Part shown: positions 11,961 to 24,871 of the stretch, piece after piece
Layout of the letters: each line of letters opens with the position of its first letter
Numbering within the stretch: position 1 is the stretch's first letter
Assembly: GCF_006345805.1 (NCBI RefSeq)
Contig: NC_043011.1
Location: 372,001 to 436,000 of the forward strand
DNA: 64,000 nt
Origin: Octopus sinensis
Taxonomy: Eukaryota
Direction of reading: 5' to 3'
Notes under the pieces: model-generated
Told to the model about the DNA's origin: nothing
Seen by the model: the letters and a program-made list of their open reading frames with translations, nothing else
Database searches by the model: none
Made by a program: the position numbers and the translations under genes

Positions 11961-13193
11961 CATATATATACACACATATATATATATGTATGTATGCATG
12001 CATGTATGTTTATATAATTTAAGTTAGACGTACGCAGGATAAGTAAACAAATTATTGACTTAGACATAACCATGGGATCAAGTGATTTATTTGGCATTTA
12101 GATATCATATTGCACCAATAAACAGTTCCAGGAAATGGGGTGTAGTCTCTGTAGAGTCAATGGTCTGTTCACTTTCTATAAATGTAGTAATGTAATACTA
12201 GAGGGAAATAGGAAAAAAAACTTAGAAATTTGAAAAAATTTAGGACTTTCCATCAATATTTTGGCTGTCAGCTCATGAGATTTTCTCAGAATGACTGTTA
12301 TAATCCTGCTTTAGCCATGGCAGGATACATTGAGAAAAAACATAAGGAAAATCCTCAAGAAATATATTTGCTAGAGCACAGACATAAATGTCAAGGTAAT
12401 ATGAATTATTATAATAATAGACATAGGAATATAGTACCTATAGTGGTTGAAAAAATAATTCCTTTCTTTAAATTAGAAGGTCATGTAAAAGGACTAAGCG
12501 CAGCAATAAGAATTTTAGGAAAAATTGTAATACTCCATATTGTGAGGGAACTAATATAAATATAAATATAAACAACTATATCAGCATAAATTATGTAAAC
12601 AAAATTAAGAGATCTAGAATATATAATGAAAAAATTATGTGTAGAATTCATGTAGTTGCTGACATCCTGAGAATTAGCTTTAACACATTAGACAGACGTT
12701 TTCCCTACTCAAGAAGACATAGAAAGATATTCAATAGACACACCATGCTGTTTGCATATTCCATTACACCTGATTTAGACACTAATCAAACAGTTGTCAA
12801 CTTTAGAAATCTAAATAATATTTAAAAAATTCGAATGTACTGTATTTAGAATGTATATATCTGGTGCAAGAAACTGTGATGATAAATATATGGCATCTCC
12901 TCTACTATTAATGCTAATAGAATAAAATAAGGCCACTTATGTCTACATACCTAATAGAATGTATTGTAGGAATTGTGATAAATGTCCCTTTGTCAATGTC
13001 TGAGGAATAATCTAATATATAAGTGCTTGGTCAAAACGTTTATGAGTGTCCATAAATACTACTGCTTCCATAATACACTCATTCTTTTACATACAAAAAA
13101 AACTGCACTTTGTTGATCAAGTTCATGTGAGACCTCAAAGATAGGAATATAGATTGCTCTGTTTCACAGTCTGTTATTGGTAGGGCTCTTCTT

Positions 13194-13260
<67 letters not shown>

Positions 13261-13370
13261 CAGTTGGAGCTGTCACAATGGTGGAGAGTATATAATGATT
13301 AACCAAAATTCAACGGACAGGTGAAATGTTTATTATTTTTCACCTCTCTGAATTTTAGTTAATATATATG

Positions 13371-13513
<143 letters not shown>

Positions 13514-13536
13514 GTATGTATATATATGTATATATA

Positions 13537-13759
13537 TACTCTTTTACTCTTTTACTTGTTTCAGTCACTTGACTGCGGCCATGCTGGAGCACCGCCTTTA
13601 GTCGAGCAAATCGACCCCGGGACTTATTCTTTGTAAGCTCAGTACCTATTCTATCAGTCTCTTTTTGCCGAACCGCTAAGTGACGGGGACGTAAACACAC
13701 CAGCATCGGTTGTCAAGCAATGCTAGGGGGACAAACACAGACACACAAACATATACACA

Positions 13760-13824
<65 letters not shown>

Positions 13825-14225
13825 AATATTAGGGAATATATCCAAATTTACAGGGAAAAAAAATCAGATTTAGGATTAAATCCAATTTATAGTAAAATAT
13901 TATAAAATATTATTTGAGACAAACCACTATTTTGCAAAACAAACAAGGAAAGACTTAATCATACTTTTATGTATTGATTAAGTCTTTCCTTGTTTGTTTT
14001 GCAAAATAGTGGTTTTGTCTCAAATAATATTTTATATATATATATATATATATATAAATATATACGACAGGCTTCTTTCAGTTTCCGCCTACCAAATCCA
14101 CTCACAAGGCATTGGTCGGCCCGGGGCTATAGCAGAAGACACTTGCCCAAGATGCCACGCAGTGGGACTGAACCCGGAACAATGTGGTTGGTAAGCAAGC
14201 TACTTACCACACAGCCACTCCTGCG

Positions 14226-14228
<3 letters not shown>
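13537..14228 (-). mobile_element. tRNA-derived SINE with a (TA)n core, interrupted by a PLE end
   Basis: A box TGGCTGTGTGGT and B box GGTTCAGTCCC at about 14165-14225; tail 13537-13760; same family at 31255-31733. Confidence 0.85.
13821..14037. mobile_element. PLE pseudo-LTR terminus with fold-back, inserted in the SINE (TA)n core
   Basis: 13821-13960 matches 54895-55017; about 13975-14037 is the reverse complement of about 13901-13963. Confidence 0.75.
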
Positions 14229-14288
<60 letters not shown>

Positions 14289-14294
14289 TATATA

Positions 14295-14422
<128 letters not shown>

Positions 14423-14463
14423 AAAAAAGAAGTTTGAAAACGCCACTATATTAGATAAATTTT

Positions 14464-14512
14464 AATTTTACATGTTTCGGTTCTTGAAATAACGAACCTT
14501 ATCAAAAAAATT
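14464..14512 (-). ncRNA. Minimal hammerhead ribozyme with a U3-A8 core
   Basis: TTT-TTGATAA-GGTTC(gttatttcaa)GAACC-GAA-ACATGT-A-AAA; a partial second copy at 14594-14623 also reads TTGATAAGGTTC. Confidence 0.7.
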
Positions 14513-15294
14513 TATAATAAAAAGTATAATGGAACAGTTCATAATTGTTACATACATTCAATAGAATCCATGCTATATACATTCAATAGAATCCATGTTC
14601 TTAAAAAGGCGAACCTTATCAAATATATTATAAAGAGTATAATAGAAAAATCCATAGTCGTTCCTTACTGTTTTGTCGAGTGTAGTGGAGAAGTTCATTA
14701 TAGATTTTACCTTGTGTTCCAATGGAAGCAACAGTAGTGATTCTTGGTTGTCGTCTGTTGGTCGTAATTTTGGTAACCTTGGTGGTGGTTGGGGTTATAT
14801 CAGCTAAGCTGTGGCTGTGACAGCAGCAGTAGCCGTGGTCTCTGGCACTGTTCACTGACGTCATATAATTCCAAACCAATCAAAACCCAGCTTCAACGAA
14901 TATAAGGAAAAGACCCATAACTGTATCCTGTTAGGAAACCAACCAAGCAGAACGACAAGCTTGACCGCAGAAGAAAAACGTCATCAATTTTTTAACGAAT
15001 CAAAATCAGATCTGCTCGCAGAGAAAAAATCTTTTTATAAATTCTTCCTTCCCTAAGACATACCACTGCCAGCGGGAGTGACTGTTTAAGGATCTGAGAA
15101 ATTGTAATTCCCCCCACCTCCACTATTTTAATTCTCTCACTGTGGCCGTAGCAGCAGTGGTAGCAGTAGGGGGCTGTTGATCGTAGCAGTAATGGTAGCG
15201 ACCACGGTGGTTGTAGTAGTAGTGCTAGTGGGAGCAGTCGTAGTGGTTGTGGTAGAATTTCGTTTTTTCTTTTTCGGAAGACCAATGTTCTGTT

Positions 15295-16746
15295 TTAATA
15301 TTCCTGGCCCAGGGTGTTCAAACTTGGTCTAAATTTTTTGATGAAATAAAGTTCTTTATTTTGGCGTTGAGTGAAGGTTACGCTGTCACTGAATTTGTAA
15401 AGTGGGTAATTTGTAAATTTCGGATTTTCATTTGCAGCACATCTATCTATGTGTCCGCTGACCGGTATTTCCCGGTATTCAGGGTTTCTAATTTGTGATT
15501 TATGCACCGCCATCCTTTTACGTAAGCTATTTTTTGTATGGCCTATATATTGCCTATTGCAGCCTGCGCATGTTAAGACGTAAATTAAGTTTTCTGATGT
15601 ACAGGTGAAGTTTGTTCTAATGGTGAACTGATGGCCTTGTTCTAGCATAAATTCTGAACCTTCTACCAAGATGACACAGATTCCGCAGTTGGGCCTTCCA
15701 CATTTTCTAACTGCTGGTTTTGTGGTTGATGTTGAGTGCAGTTTAGCTTGGGTTAAAATCCTTTTCAAGGATTTTGGTTGCCGTTTACTTTTAATGATTG
15801 TGTGTGTTTCGAGGATCTGGTTCATCTTTGGGTCTCCCTTTAGTAGGGCTGTGCTTTGTAGTATGGTGCTGAAGGCCTCATTGTTAAGTGGGTTGTGTGT
15901 AGAGATGTAGGGAAGGGTTTTTAATTGTTCTTTCTTTTTTGGTTTTGTTTGTCTCAGGTCTTCTATACTTAATTTAAGTGCCCGTTGGATTGCACTGTCT
16001 ATTAGGGGCTGTGGATAGTTTCTATTTGTGAGTGTGGTTCTAAGTTCCTGGAGACGTGTGTGTCGGGTGTTTGTGTCTGATATTATGGTGCAAATCCTTC
16101 TAGCTAAACAAAAAGGGACATTTATTCTAGTGTGTCGTGGGTGGCATGAATCAAAGGGTAGGTACTGTTTGGAGTCTGTCGGTTTATAATAGATATCTGT
16201 CTCTATTTTGTTGCCGGTTTTCTTAATGAGGATGTCTAAAAATGGTAATTCTTCTTCGTTATGATCCATCGTGAATTGTATATTATCATTTATTCCATTT
16301 AATAGTATTTTAAATTCCTCAAGTTTCTCTATACTTTTATCCCAGAGGATAAAACAGTCGTCGAGGTATCTTTTCCAGTTGTTCTGGATATAGGTGGAGA
16401 AGGTGTTTCCATATTTCTCGAGTGTTATCTGGTAGAGTATTTTCTCGAGGTATCCCATCACTAGGTTGGCAAAAGAAGGCGCAGTACGCGTGCCCATCGC
16501 TGTTTCAGATTTTTGTCTGTAGAAATTATTGTCAAAAATAAAGTAATTCTTTTCTAAAATAAATCTAAGTCCTTCTATTATAAGATCTTTGTTTATGCGA
16601 GTTGGGAGTTCAAAGGAGTAGTTATTCAGCCAGAAGGTGATCGCTTCTATTCCTAGGGTGTGAGGGATGTTAGAATAAAGGTTAACTACGTCGAAGGATA
16701 CTAGAAGGGTTTTCTCATTGACTGTTTTAGGGAGGTGGTTGAGCAT
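15295..16746 (-). CDS. PLE RT plus GIY-YIG endonuclease (483-aa open frame; frameshifted N-terminal part at 16727-17143)
   Basis: SFDVVNLYSNIP, AMGT..AP, WKRYLDD, LPFLD, CGRPNCGIC, NLIYVLTC..C..QYIGHT..LRKR..H. Confidence 0.9.
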   Translation of the reverse strand: MLNHLPKTVNEKTLLVSFDVVNLYSNIPHTLGIEAITFWLNNYSFELPTRINKDLIIEGLRFILEKNYFIFDNNFYRQKSETAMGTRTAPSFANLVMGYLEKILYQITLEKYGNTFSTYIQNNWKRYLDDCFILWDKSIEKLEEFKILLNGINDNIQFTMDHNEEELPFLDILIKKTGNKIETDIYYKPTDSKQYLPFDSCHPRHTRINVPFCLARRICTIISDTNTRHTRLQELRTTLTNRNYPQPLIDSAIQRALKLSIEDLRQTKPKKKEQLKTLPYISTHNPLNNEAFSTILQSTALLKGDPKMNQILETHTIIKSKRQPKSLKRILTQAKLHSTSTTKPAVRKCGRPNCGICVILVEGSEFMLEQGHQFTIRTNFTCTSENLIYVLTCAGCNRQYIGHTKNSLRKRMAVHKSQIRNPEYREIPVSGHIDRCAANENPKFTNYPLYKFSDSVTFTQRQNKELYFIKKFRPSLNTLGQEY

Positions 16747-17137
16747 GTCTATATCGTCTCTTACGTAGCTTTTGATGTGTTTTAGGAAGACTGTCTAAGA
16801 AATTGCTGAGGCGGTGAGTCTCACATGCTGGCCCTGCTATTATCGGTCTAAGTTTAAGGTCATTTGGTGAAGGGATTTTGAGGAGTATATCGGTAGATGT
16901 TTTGCATGTGTCTCTAATTATTTGGCTTTTGTGTACTTTAGGGATACCATAGAACAAACTCGATTTGCACTTGAAGTTAGTGATGTATTCATACTCCTTG
17001 TCCGTGAGTCCTTCTCGGTATGAGTTGATTAATGTCCTAAGGTTATACATTATTTTTTGCTGATTATACTGTTGGGCCCTTTCATAATACGTTTCATCTC
17101 TTAATAGGGATAGCACTAAATATATATATATATATAT

Positions 17138-17495
17138 TGGCATCCGTGCTAGCGGGGTGCAAAGAGCACCATACGAGTGTGATCGTTGACAGAGAGGCTA
17201 TTCGAGTATGATCGTTACCAGCGTCGCCTTACTGGCACTTATACCTGTGCTAGTAGGGTGCCAAGAACACCATTCGAGTGAGGTCATTGCCAGTACCGCC
17301 TGACAGGCCCCCGTGCATGTGGCACGTAAAAGGCACCCACTACACTCTCGGAGTGGTTGGCGTTAGGAAGGGCATCCAGCTGTAGAAACTCTGCCAAATC
17401 AAGAATGGAGCCTGGTGCAGCCATCTGGTTGCCAGACCTCAGTCAAAACCGTCCAACCCATGCTAGCATAGAAAACGGACGTTAAACGATGATGA
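17138..17495 (+). mobile_element. SINE or RTE-type 3' tail element ending in (GAT)n
   Basis: GGAGTGGTTGGCGTTAGGAAGGGCATCCAGCTGTAGAAAC...CCAACCCATGCTAGCAT...GGACGTTAAACGATGATGATG. Confidence 0.65.
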
Positions 17496-18028
17496 TGTTG
17501 ATAATAAATGTATAAGCAAATGGGAAACACACAAAGGTCACCAAATCCCCTTCAGTTATCAGTCAAAGGGTCAAACACTATTTTGTACATTCAACCAAAG
17601 ATATTACTTCCCTCTGTTGGTGTTGGAAACAAGAAGCCACCAGAAAATAGTGAGCCAGACAAACAAGAAATAAATGACTTGACAATATGAGATAGGTGTC
17701 TCATTCAAGATGAGGGACAAAGACAAAATCAGGCCAAAAACTGAAAATCTGAACAAATTGAAAGCATAATACGGCCTTAGGGACAGATAGAAGATAAAAA
17801 TATAGTTAATGCTGGGAAAAATCCTAAAGGGTTAACAAAGGGACAGTGAAACATGATGAGAGTGGGAGAAAAGAGAAAATATGACTAGTTGCTTTTGCGG
17901 TTGGCATGGAACGGAAGAAAAAATATGATGACCACAGGCCACATGTCAATAGTTGGAGGGTGAAAAGTTGTAGAAGGCATAGAGAGATACAGAGAGCAGA
18001 GAGGAAAGGTAAAAATGCAGGAACAGGG

Positions 18029-18079
<51 letters not shown>

Positions 18080-18180
18080 TGAAAGGGAGAGAAAGGAAGT
18101 GAAAAGGAGGAATAGATATCATATGAAAATATGAAATCATTTACTTGTGAAAAAAAATTACAGTTCCAAAATATAATTTT

Positions 18181-18230
18181 CATTTTATCTCGTTTCAGCT
18201 CACGAGCTGTGGCCATGCTAGGGCACCGCC
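18181..18230 (-). mobile_element. CR1/SINE shared 3' tail
   Basis: Reverse complement of GGCGGTGCCCTAGCATGGCCACAGCTCGTGAGCTGAAAC; compare 41113-41150 and 53221-53260. Confidence 0.7.
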
Positions 18231-18419
18231 ATTATATGGAAGAAAAAAAGAAATGAAGTTGAAAATGCGCAGAGAATTAATTAGAATTAATTAGAATTTA
18301 ATTATATCTTAAAACAATAGGAATACACTTGACTGGTTTCTCATTAGATTTTCAAAAGTGTATAGTGTGTGGAATAGTATCACATATTATGTCTATTCTG
18401 GCTGTTATTATAAAAATAG

Positions 18420-19150
18420 AAAGACTAGATCTGTCGCATGAGAAGATCACATATAAGCTATTGCATCTAGTCTGCACTTGTGTACGATGGTAGTATTAAG
18501 ATTTACAAATAAAGAGATTATGGTATCCCTGTTAACTTTTTTCAGAAGATAGCTTAATAAGTCTAGGTCATCCCTTATGAATCTTGGTATAAATTTTAGA
18601 GGTTTTAACAGTATTTCAAGGAAGTTGCTAATTTTGTGAGTTTCGCTGGCTGAGCCTGCCACAATCAGTCTTAATTTGAGATCCTTCAGAAAGGGTATGT
18701 TTATGCAGACTGAGTGTGACTCTGCAGGTATCATTAACTGTTTTTTTTTGTGGATTTTGGAAAGTCTGTAGAAGAAACTGGTTTTGCCTATAAAATTTGT
18801 TAGATAATCAATTTCTGTATAAGTTAAGTCTTTTCCACGTTGGTTTATGAGAATGTTTAGACACTGTTTTTGTTTACCGATAGTTATTTATCATTTTATG
18901 GTGTGTGGTGTCTTAAAGTAGAGTTAATGAAGAAGTTTTGTATTGTTCCATATTCTTTTATAACTATGCTATTGTTGTTTGGGTCATATATAGATTTTCA
19001 TTCTGTTTGGCCAGTTTGGACTTCGGTTTAGAAAGTGCAAGTTCATTGAAACGGAAGATGGGAATAAACTCACAAAATTTGTCAAATGTTTTGTTTCTCC
19101 CTTTTGTTGGGTTGTAATCACTTTTGCTATGCACAATGGATTGATCACTG
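18420..19150 (-). mobile_element. Degenerate PLE RT N-terminal fragment
   Basis: DLKLRLIVAGSASETHKISNFLEILLKPL..IP.FIRDDLD parallels 16727-17143. Confidence 0.7.
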
Positions 19151-19700
19151 TTTTTTTTTTATCAAATAGTTCTGTTAATCTTAATTTTCAGCAAAAATTC
19201 GAGATGTTATCCCGTACTGCACTGAGTTTAGGATACTGTGGTGTTGTGTGTGTTTGTGTGTGTGTACAGCTTAATTTACAAAGATAATCTGGAACTCGAC
19301 TGAAGAAAGAAAACTTCGAATGACCTGTCCTTGTTTTTTTGTATCGTCTGTCTGGATGTTTTGTGTTCTAGTCCCATTTTTGGTATTCCTGTCTATATAT
19401 AAATATAACGGCGTATGTACACTTTGGTCTCATATGTAAGTACATATATATAAATTTTGTATGACTTTATTAGTCTTTCATTCTTTCCTCCTTTCTATCA
19501 GCCCCTTCACACTTACTTCGTTCTTTCCACTCTTCTTTCTTTCATTCCTCCTCTCACACATTTCCCTGGCTTTCTCGTCAATCTCACTTTCCCTCCTCTT
19601 TCACTTCACTCTGTCTCTTTTCTTTTTTCGCGTCCCTCCCTAATTCTTCTATCCCTCTGCCTCTGCCTCTCTCTCTTCTCTCTCCATGTGACTGGTGTTT

Positions 19701-19796
19701 GGTTAATAAGTACCTGGCTTATCAAAATAAAAAAAAGCACTTGGCAGCGTCTCATATTTTTGCTTGCCCACTCATTTGTATCTATCAATTTCTCTT

Positions 19797-19853
<57 letters not shown>

Positions 19854-19891
19854 ATACATACATATATACATACATACATACATACATACAT

Positions 19892-19951
<60 letters not shown>

Positions 19952-20227
19952 ATTTTGTAGGCAGGAACTGAAACAAATCAATCGTATATATATGTATGTA
20001 TATATGTAAGTGTATGTGTGTGTCTTTGTCTCTGTATTTCGCCCTCATTACTGCTTCACAACTGCTGTTCATTTATTTACATCCCCATAACTTACTGGTT
20101 TCACAAGAACAAACTAATAGAATAAGTACCTGGCTTATCAAAATAAAAAAAACCCACTAGGCTGTGTCTCATATTTTTGTTTGCCCACTCAGTTGTATCT
20201 ATCAATTTATCTTTGTATGTGTGTGTG

Positions 20228-20230
<3 letters not shown>
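19701..20230 (+). repeat. About 105-bp imperfect direct repeats (19701-19810 and 20121-20230)
   Basis: AATAAGTACCTGGCTTATCAAAATAAAAAAA...TCTCATATTTTTG.TTGCCCACTCA.TTGTATCTATCAATTT occurs twice. Confidence 0.85.
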
Positions 20231-20397
<167 letters not shown>

Positions 20398-22345
20398 GAC
20401 CATCGATACTTGGAGGCAGTCCTGAGAGCGGCTGGTTTCGGTCTCGTCTTCCGCGGCTGGATAGCTGCCTTGTACAGAGGCATCCGTTCGGTAATTCGCG
20501 TAAATGGACATCTATCGAGACCCTTCGACATTGCACGTTCGGTCCGTCAGGGATGCCCCCTCTCGGCGCTTCTATACGTATTGACTCTTGAGCCACTACT
20601 GCGGAAGCTGGCGACTCTGAGGGGCATCCCGCGAGAATTAGGATGCGGGACGAGCGTGTCTGCATACGCGGACGACGTCACCGTCATAGTGTCAAGCCAC
20701 GAGCACATCGAGCGGGTCGGCGAGACACTGAAAGACTACGAAGCGGTGACAGGAGCAAAAATCAACCGGGAAAAGTCAGTGGGCTTGCGGCTCGGCACCT
20801 GGAGAAGCAAACCCATGCCGTCCACCAGTACCTCCGTCGTGGGACGCTGGACAGACGGCCCGGTTGAGTTGCTCGGGGTCTGGTTCGGTCCGGACCTCCA
20901 AATGGAGAAGAACTGGAACGAGATAACGAGTAGGGTGGTCACTCTCGCCCAGCAGTGGGCCGAGAGGAAACTCCCTAAAAGGTCGGGCGGAGGTGGTGAA
21001 CGCGTACATCGCGTCCATCATCTACTACCGCCTGACCGTCGTACCTTGTCCCGACCCTACCATCACCAAACTAGAACGCATCCTCTTCCGCTTCTTGTGG
21101 AAAGGATGCGTCCCGATGGTCAGGCGATCCATTTGCTGTCAACACCCGTTAAAAGGAGGGCTGGGCATGCCGTGGTTGATGATGCGCAGACACGCGCTGA
21201 GACTGCGACATCTCCGGCTCTATGTAGACGACGGTGAACAGGTGTGGTCGCCGTTTGTGAGGCACGCATTCCCGCAACTCGTCTCCATGACCGAACTACA
21301 GTCGTGGATCAAAAAGAGGCCGAAGAAGGGCGAATGGCACCGCGAGTGTCGCGTTGCTCTCAAGCAACTCTGCCGTCCCGGGTCGACCTTGAGTGACTTC
21401 AACACAACCAAAGCATTCTATAGGGGATTAGTGGAGGGGAGGTACGACGACGAGCTCGGGGCAAACCTGGGCGTCGACGAGGAATACCTGACCCGCCTGT
21501 TTCAAACGACTTTCGGCCCGGGACCTATGGACAACTTCCAGAGATCCCTGGCCTGGCGGTGCTACCGAGAAGCGCTACCCGTTCGGGATAAGCTCTATAG
21601 GCATGGCTCGAGAAACACGGGGCCGACCTGCCCGAGATGCGGGCAGAGCGACGAAATCGCTCTGCACGCAATCGTGCAGTGTCCAGCAATTTCCCACCTG
21701 TGGGCTTATGTCGAACGACTGCTGTCACGTGTGGGACGTGTCGGTTTATCAGCCGAGTCTATCGTTAATATCGTCACGCCTCCTTCCTTCAAACGGGAAG
21801 GAAGAGCTATTTTTATCATACTTGTGGCTATGGCGAAAGAATGTATCTGGTGGACGCGTCTGAAAGGATTAGAGACAAACACTTTCCTCTCTGGTCAATC
21901 TCTCATCAACTTCTTCAAGTATCACTTGAAGAAAAAAGTGAGAGTAGAGAGGCAAGTTTTGTCTAGTGAATGTTTTAAAAAAAGATGGGTGAATGTAGCA
22001 AGGATGGCACGTATGAATGACGAAGCCACCTTGACTATGATTCTATGAACCGTAAAAATTAATACAGAGAGTTGCTTATTTGCAAAAAAAAAAAAAGAAG
22101 AAATATAACATGTGACTTCATTGACCGAGGTTACCGTGGTCTTTTCCGTAGGCTTTTCTTTCCACGGGTAAACCTCACCTGTCCTCCCCTTTACACTTCA
22201 TATTGACATTTCTGTGATAACGATCCCTATTGATCAATTTTTTTCCTCTCCCCCTTTTTTTTAAATCCCCCTTTTTTTTGTCCTTTCTCTCCTTTTACGA
22301 TCCCTTTTGATCGACCCCCCCTTTTTTATTTTATTTTATTTGTTA

Positions 22346-22382
<37 letters not shown>

Positions 22383-22467
22383 TTTTTTTTTTTAAACCTT
22401 CGAAAGAAAAGCTCTACCTTGTAATTTGTTCTATCTGTGTGCAGCCCTGTGTGGCTAATAAAGAAAC
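20398..22467 (+). mobile_element. Tx1/L1-clade LINE copy B, 5' truncated ORF2 with one frameshift
   Basis: VRQGCPLSALLY, AYADDVTV, LLGVWFG and CPRCGQSDE..LHAIVQC; frame change near 20985; AATAAAGAAAC end; (ATCT)n on both sides. Confidence 0.9.
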
Positions 22468-22468
22468 A

Positions 22469-22489
<21 letters not shown>

Positions 22490-22499
<10 letters not shown>

Positions 22500-23367
22500 A
22501 AAACATCCTAATGGCCTTAACTGCCAAATTTTAGTCGTTTCTTTTATGATCCAAAACTAGGTCAAAAGTACTGAATGGATCTTTATGAAATTTGGAAATT
22601 ATATTCTATGCATAACGGCTATAACCCCCATTACAATTCATATATTTTTGCTGTTGATGAAATTTTAACCATAGATATTAGACACAAATGAAGTAATATT
22701 TATAAAATTTCATCATCTTACAAGTTAGAAAGACCCCTCCATGGGGACTTAACACCCACAATTTTATCATTTTATCTAAGCAAAAACGAATTCAGTTGTG
22801 CTCTTGGAAGCTGTAGGGCCACCCGAGCATAAAAGATGAGCATTATTTGTAATTCAATGGTACAACAGTGTAAGAGTTTGCTTTGACATACATTTACATT
22901 GTGATTTCTGCAATCTGCTGCATAAATTGTCAAGTAAATGAGAGGCATTTTGCCTCCACTGATTCAGTTGCAAAGTGTTGAGTGAAGTTATTTGATTGCA
23001 GACCTCCTTTCAGTCTTGTTATTACCACTGGGTCACACATAGTCCCCAGAGGGTAACATTGAATTCAAGGCCTTCCCAGATGAGTGACTGGTTATTCAAA
23101 GACATTTATAGATTGTAAATTTATTCTATCCAGTTACGTATCTTTTTACCAGGTTCTTTAAGACTGGAATTTTTGAAAATGCGCATAAAAATCAGTAGTA
23201 TGGGATATATGTGGTACGATTACAATTTCTTTTAGGGTGTGTAAAGAGGGAAATAACCATCATCTGCAATTTTGATGAAATTCGAAGCATAGATATTCCA
23301 GTTCATTACAGAAAAGTCTAATTTTTCAACTGAATGTAACACGGGCAACGCCAGGTATCTCTGCTAG
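22490..23367 (+). mobile_element. Probable non-autonomous Helitron
   Basis: Begins in (TCTA)n and ends CACGGGCAACGCCAGGTATCTCTGCTAG (GC-rich subterminal motif plus CTAG). Confidence 0.45.
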
Positions 23368-23433
23368 CATATATAGATTTGTATATATATATGTATAGAT
23401 ATATATATATATATATATATACACGCAAACACA

Positions 23434-23534
<101 letters not shown>

Positions 23535-24198
23535 CTATACACACACACACACACACACATGTATATATATACATACACATACATGTAGATATACATATAT
23601 ATATTTACATATACATAATACACACACATTTCTCTGCGGAGGTATTCTAAACTCGTCTGAGAAATGTCATTAAATTGTCGATAAAATTGAACAGAATGGG
23701 CAATAAAATGCTGTCACTTTAAAGCTATCTTTGGGTGTTGTTAATCGGGAGATGTGTTACTGTCTGTTTGGGAATGGTTTATGGCTTCAGTAATCCATTC
23801 CAACCAACTTTCTTAAATGTTTTTCTGTAATTATTATTACATTGACAGAATTGCTCTGTTCAGCACACTAAATTATTTTTTGGTTACCATTCATTAAGCC
23901 AAACATAGAGATACAGGGGCCATAAATTCTTTCAGGTTCTCATTAACTGATGGATAAAATTAACTGAACTAAGTGAGATATTTTTTTCAACCACCTACAA
24001 GTTCGGTTTTGGTTATGAAAATATGAAATTTTATAGATAGGTTTGAATCCAATGCATTTTGTATGACCTCCTAACATTTCTGCCACACGCCCACCTTCAG
24101 TTATAAAGATAAAGGGTGTTTCTGCCATTGACATAAGGCCACCGATTTGTAGGGAAGAAATATTGTTGACTTGGAAGAAATACAGTTGACTAACATAC

Positions 24199-24261
24199 CT
24201 GGTATGTATTTTGACAGCCTTCCACATTTCTGCCGAGAGGAATGAAAGCCTATTTCAAATT
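24199..24261 (-). CDS. Candidate isolated host exon (63 nt, phase 1-1): (E)FEIGFHSSRQKCGRLSKYIP
   Basis: Long polypyrimidine tract ending TTTTAG; donor CAG|GTATGT; only one frame open; no partner exon identified. Confidence 0.4.
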
Positions 24262-24559
24262 CTAAAAGATTTGAAACCAGAACAAAGAAAATAAAGAAAA
24301 GAAAAGAAATGAAATATTATAAAACATTTATCTTTGGCCATCTTATTGCTTTCATTTTGTTATGAAATTCATCCATGTAGTTATGATGAGTTGATGCTTA
24401 GTGCATCTATAACTGGTCATCTGATCATTGAGAGTTTCCAAAGATGAAGGTTTTTTTTGCAATGAGCTTTCAGATGCAAGGGCTACCAGTTGAAAGCCCC
24501 ACATACCAGATGCTAGCATGTTTATAGAGTTATCAGGAGAGAATATGTGCTGTTTTGGA

Positions 24560-24860
24560 GACTACCTCTCGATGGCATCATTGCACACTGCCCCACCTCT
24601 CACTGACACGAGGCCTCACTTACTAGATCAACTGATTATTGGGTTTCACTCCATATTCTTCTAGCTATTGCTTATCGTCTCTTTTAAACCAAATCCAGTG
24701 GCTTGCCTTTTCCAGTGTAGTTTGGATATTACACGTGGTGGTATTTGCTTTATGATGAGTTAGGCCTAATGATAACAATAGTCGCCTCACACTGTGTCCA
24801 TCGAATCCTCTACATCTGACTTTGATTGGAAACTGCTCTGCTTTCCGGATCAACAAAGTT
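24560..24860 (-). mobile_element. HERO-like (RLE) non-LTR 3' fragment
   Basis: FPIKVRCRGFDGHSVRRLL.SLG...LEKASHWIWFKR, then 3' UTR. Confidence 0.65.
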
Positions 24861-24871
24861 TACTCTTATCT

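Larger units (their letters stand above)
14446..17143 (-). mobile_element. Penelope-like element (Neptune-type, Cys-rich linker), 5' truncated
   Basis: RT and GIY-YIG ORFs, a long 3' tail and a terminal HHR; bounded by (TA)n on both sides. Confidence 0.85.

Noticed and set aside
12100-13130. Hydrophobic minus-strand translations resembling a GPCR TM5 (IIFSTTIG/YYIPMSIIIII)
   Set aside because: Needs frameshifts, has many stops, and lacks DRY and NPxxY motifs; T-rich strands give hydrophobic peptides by composition alone
19295-19335. CTGAAGA-AAG/CTT-CGAA possible HHR near the 18.4-19.1 kb PLE
   Set aside because: No A15.1-U16.1 pair or NUH site; at best a heavily decayed relic
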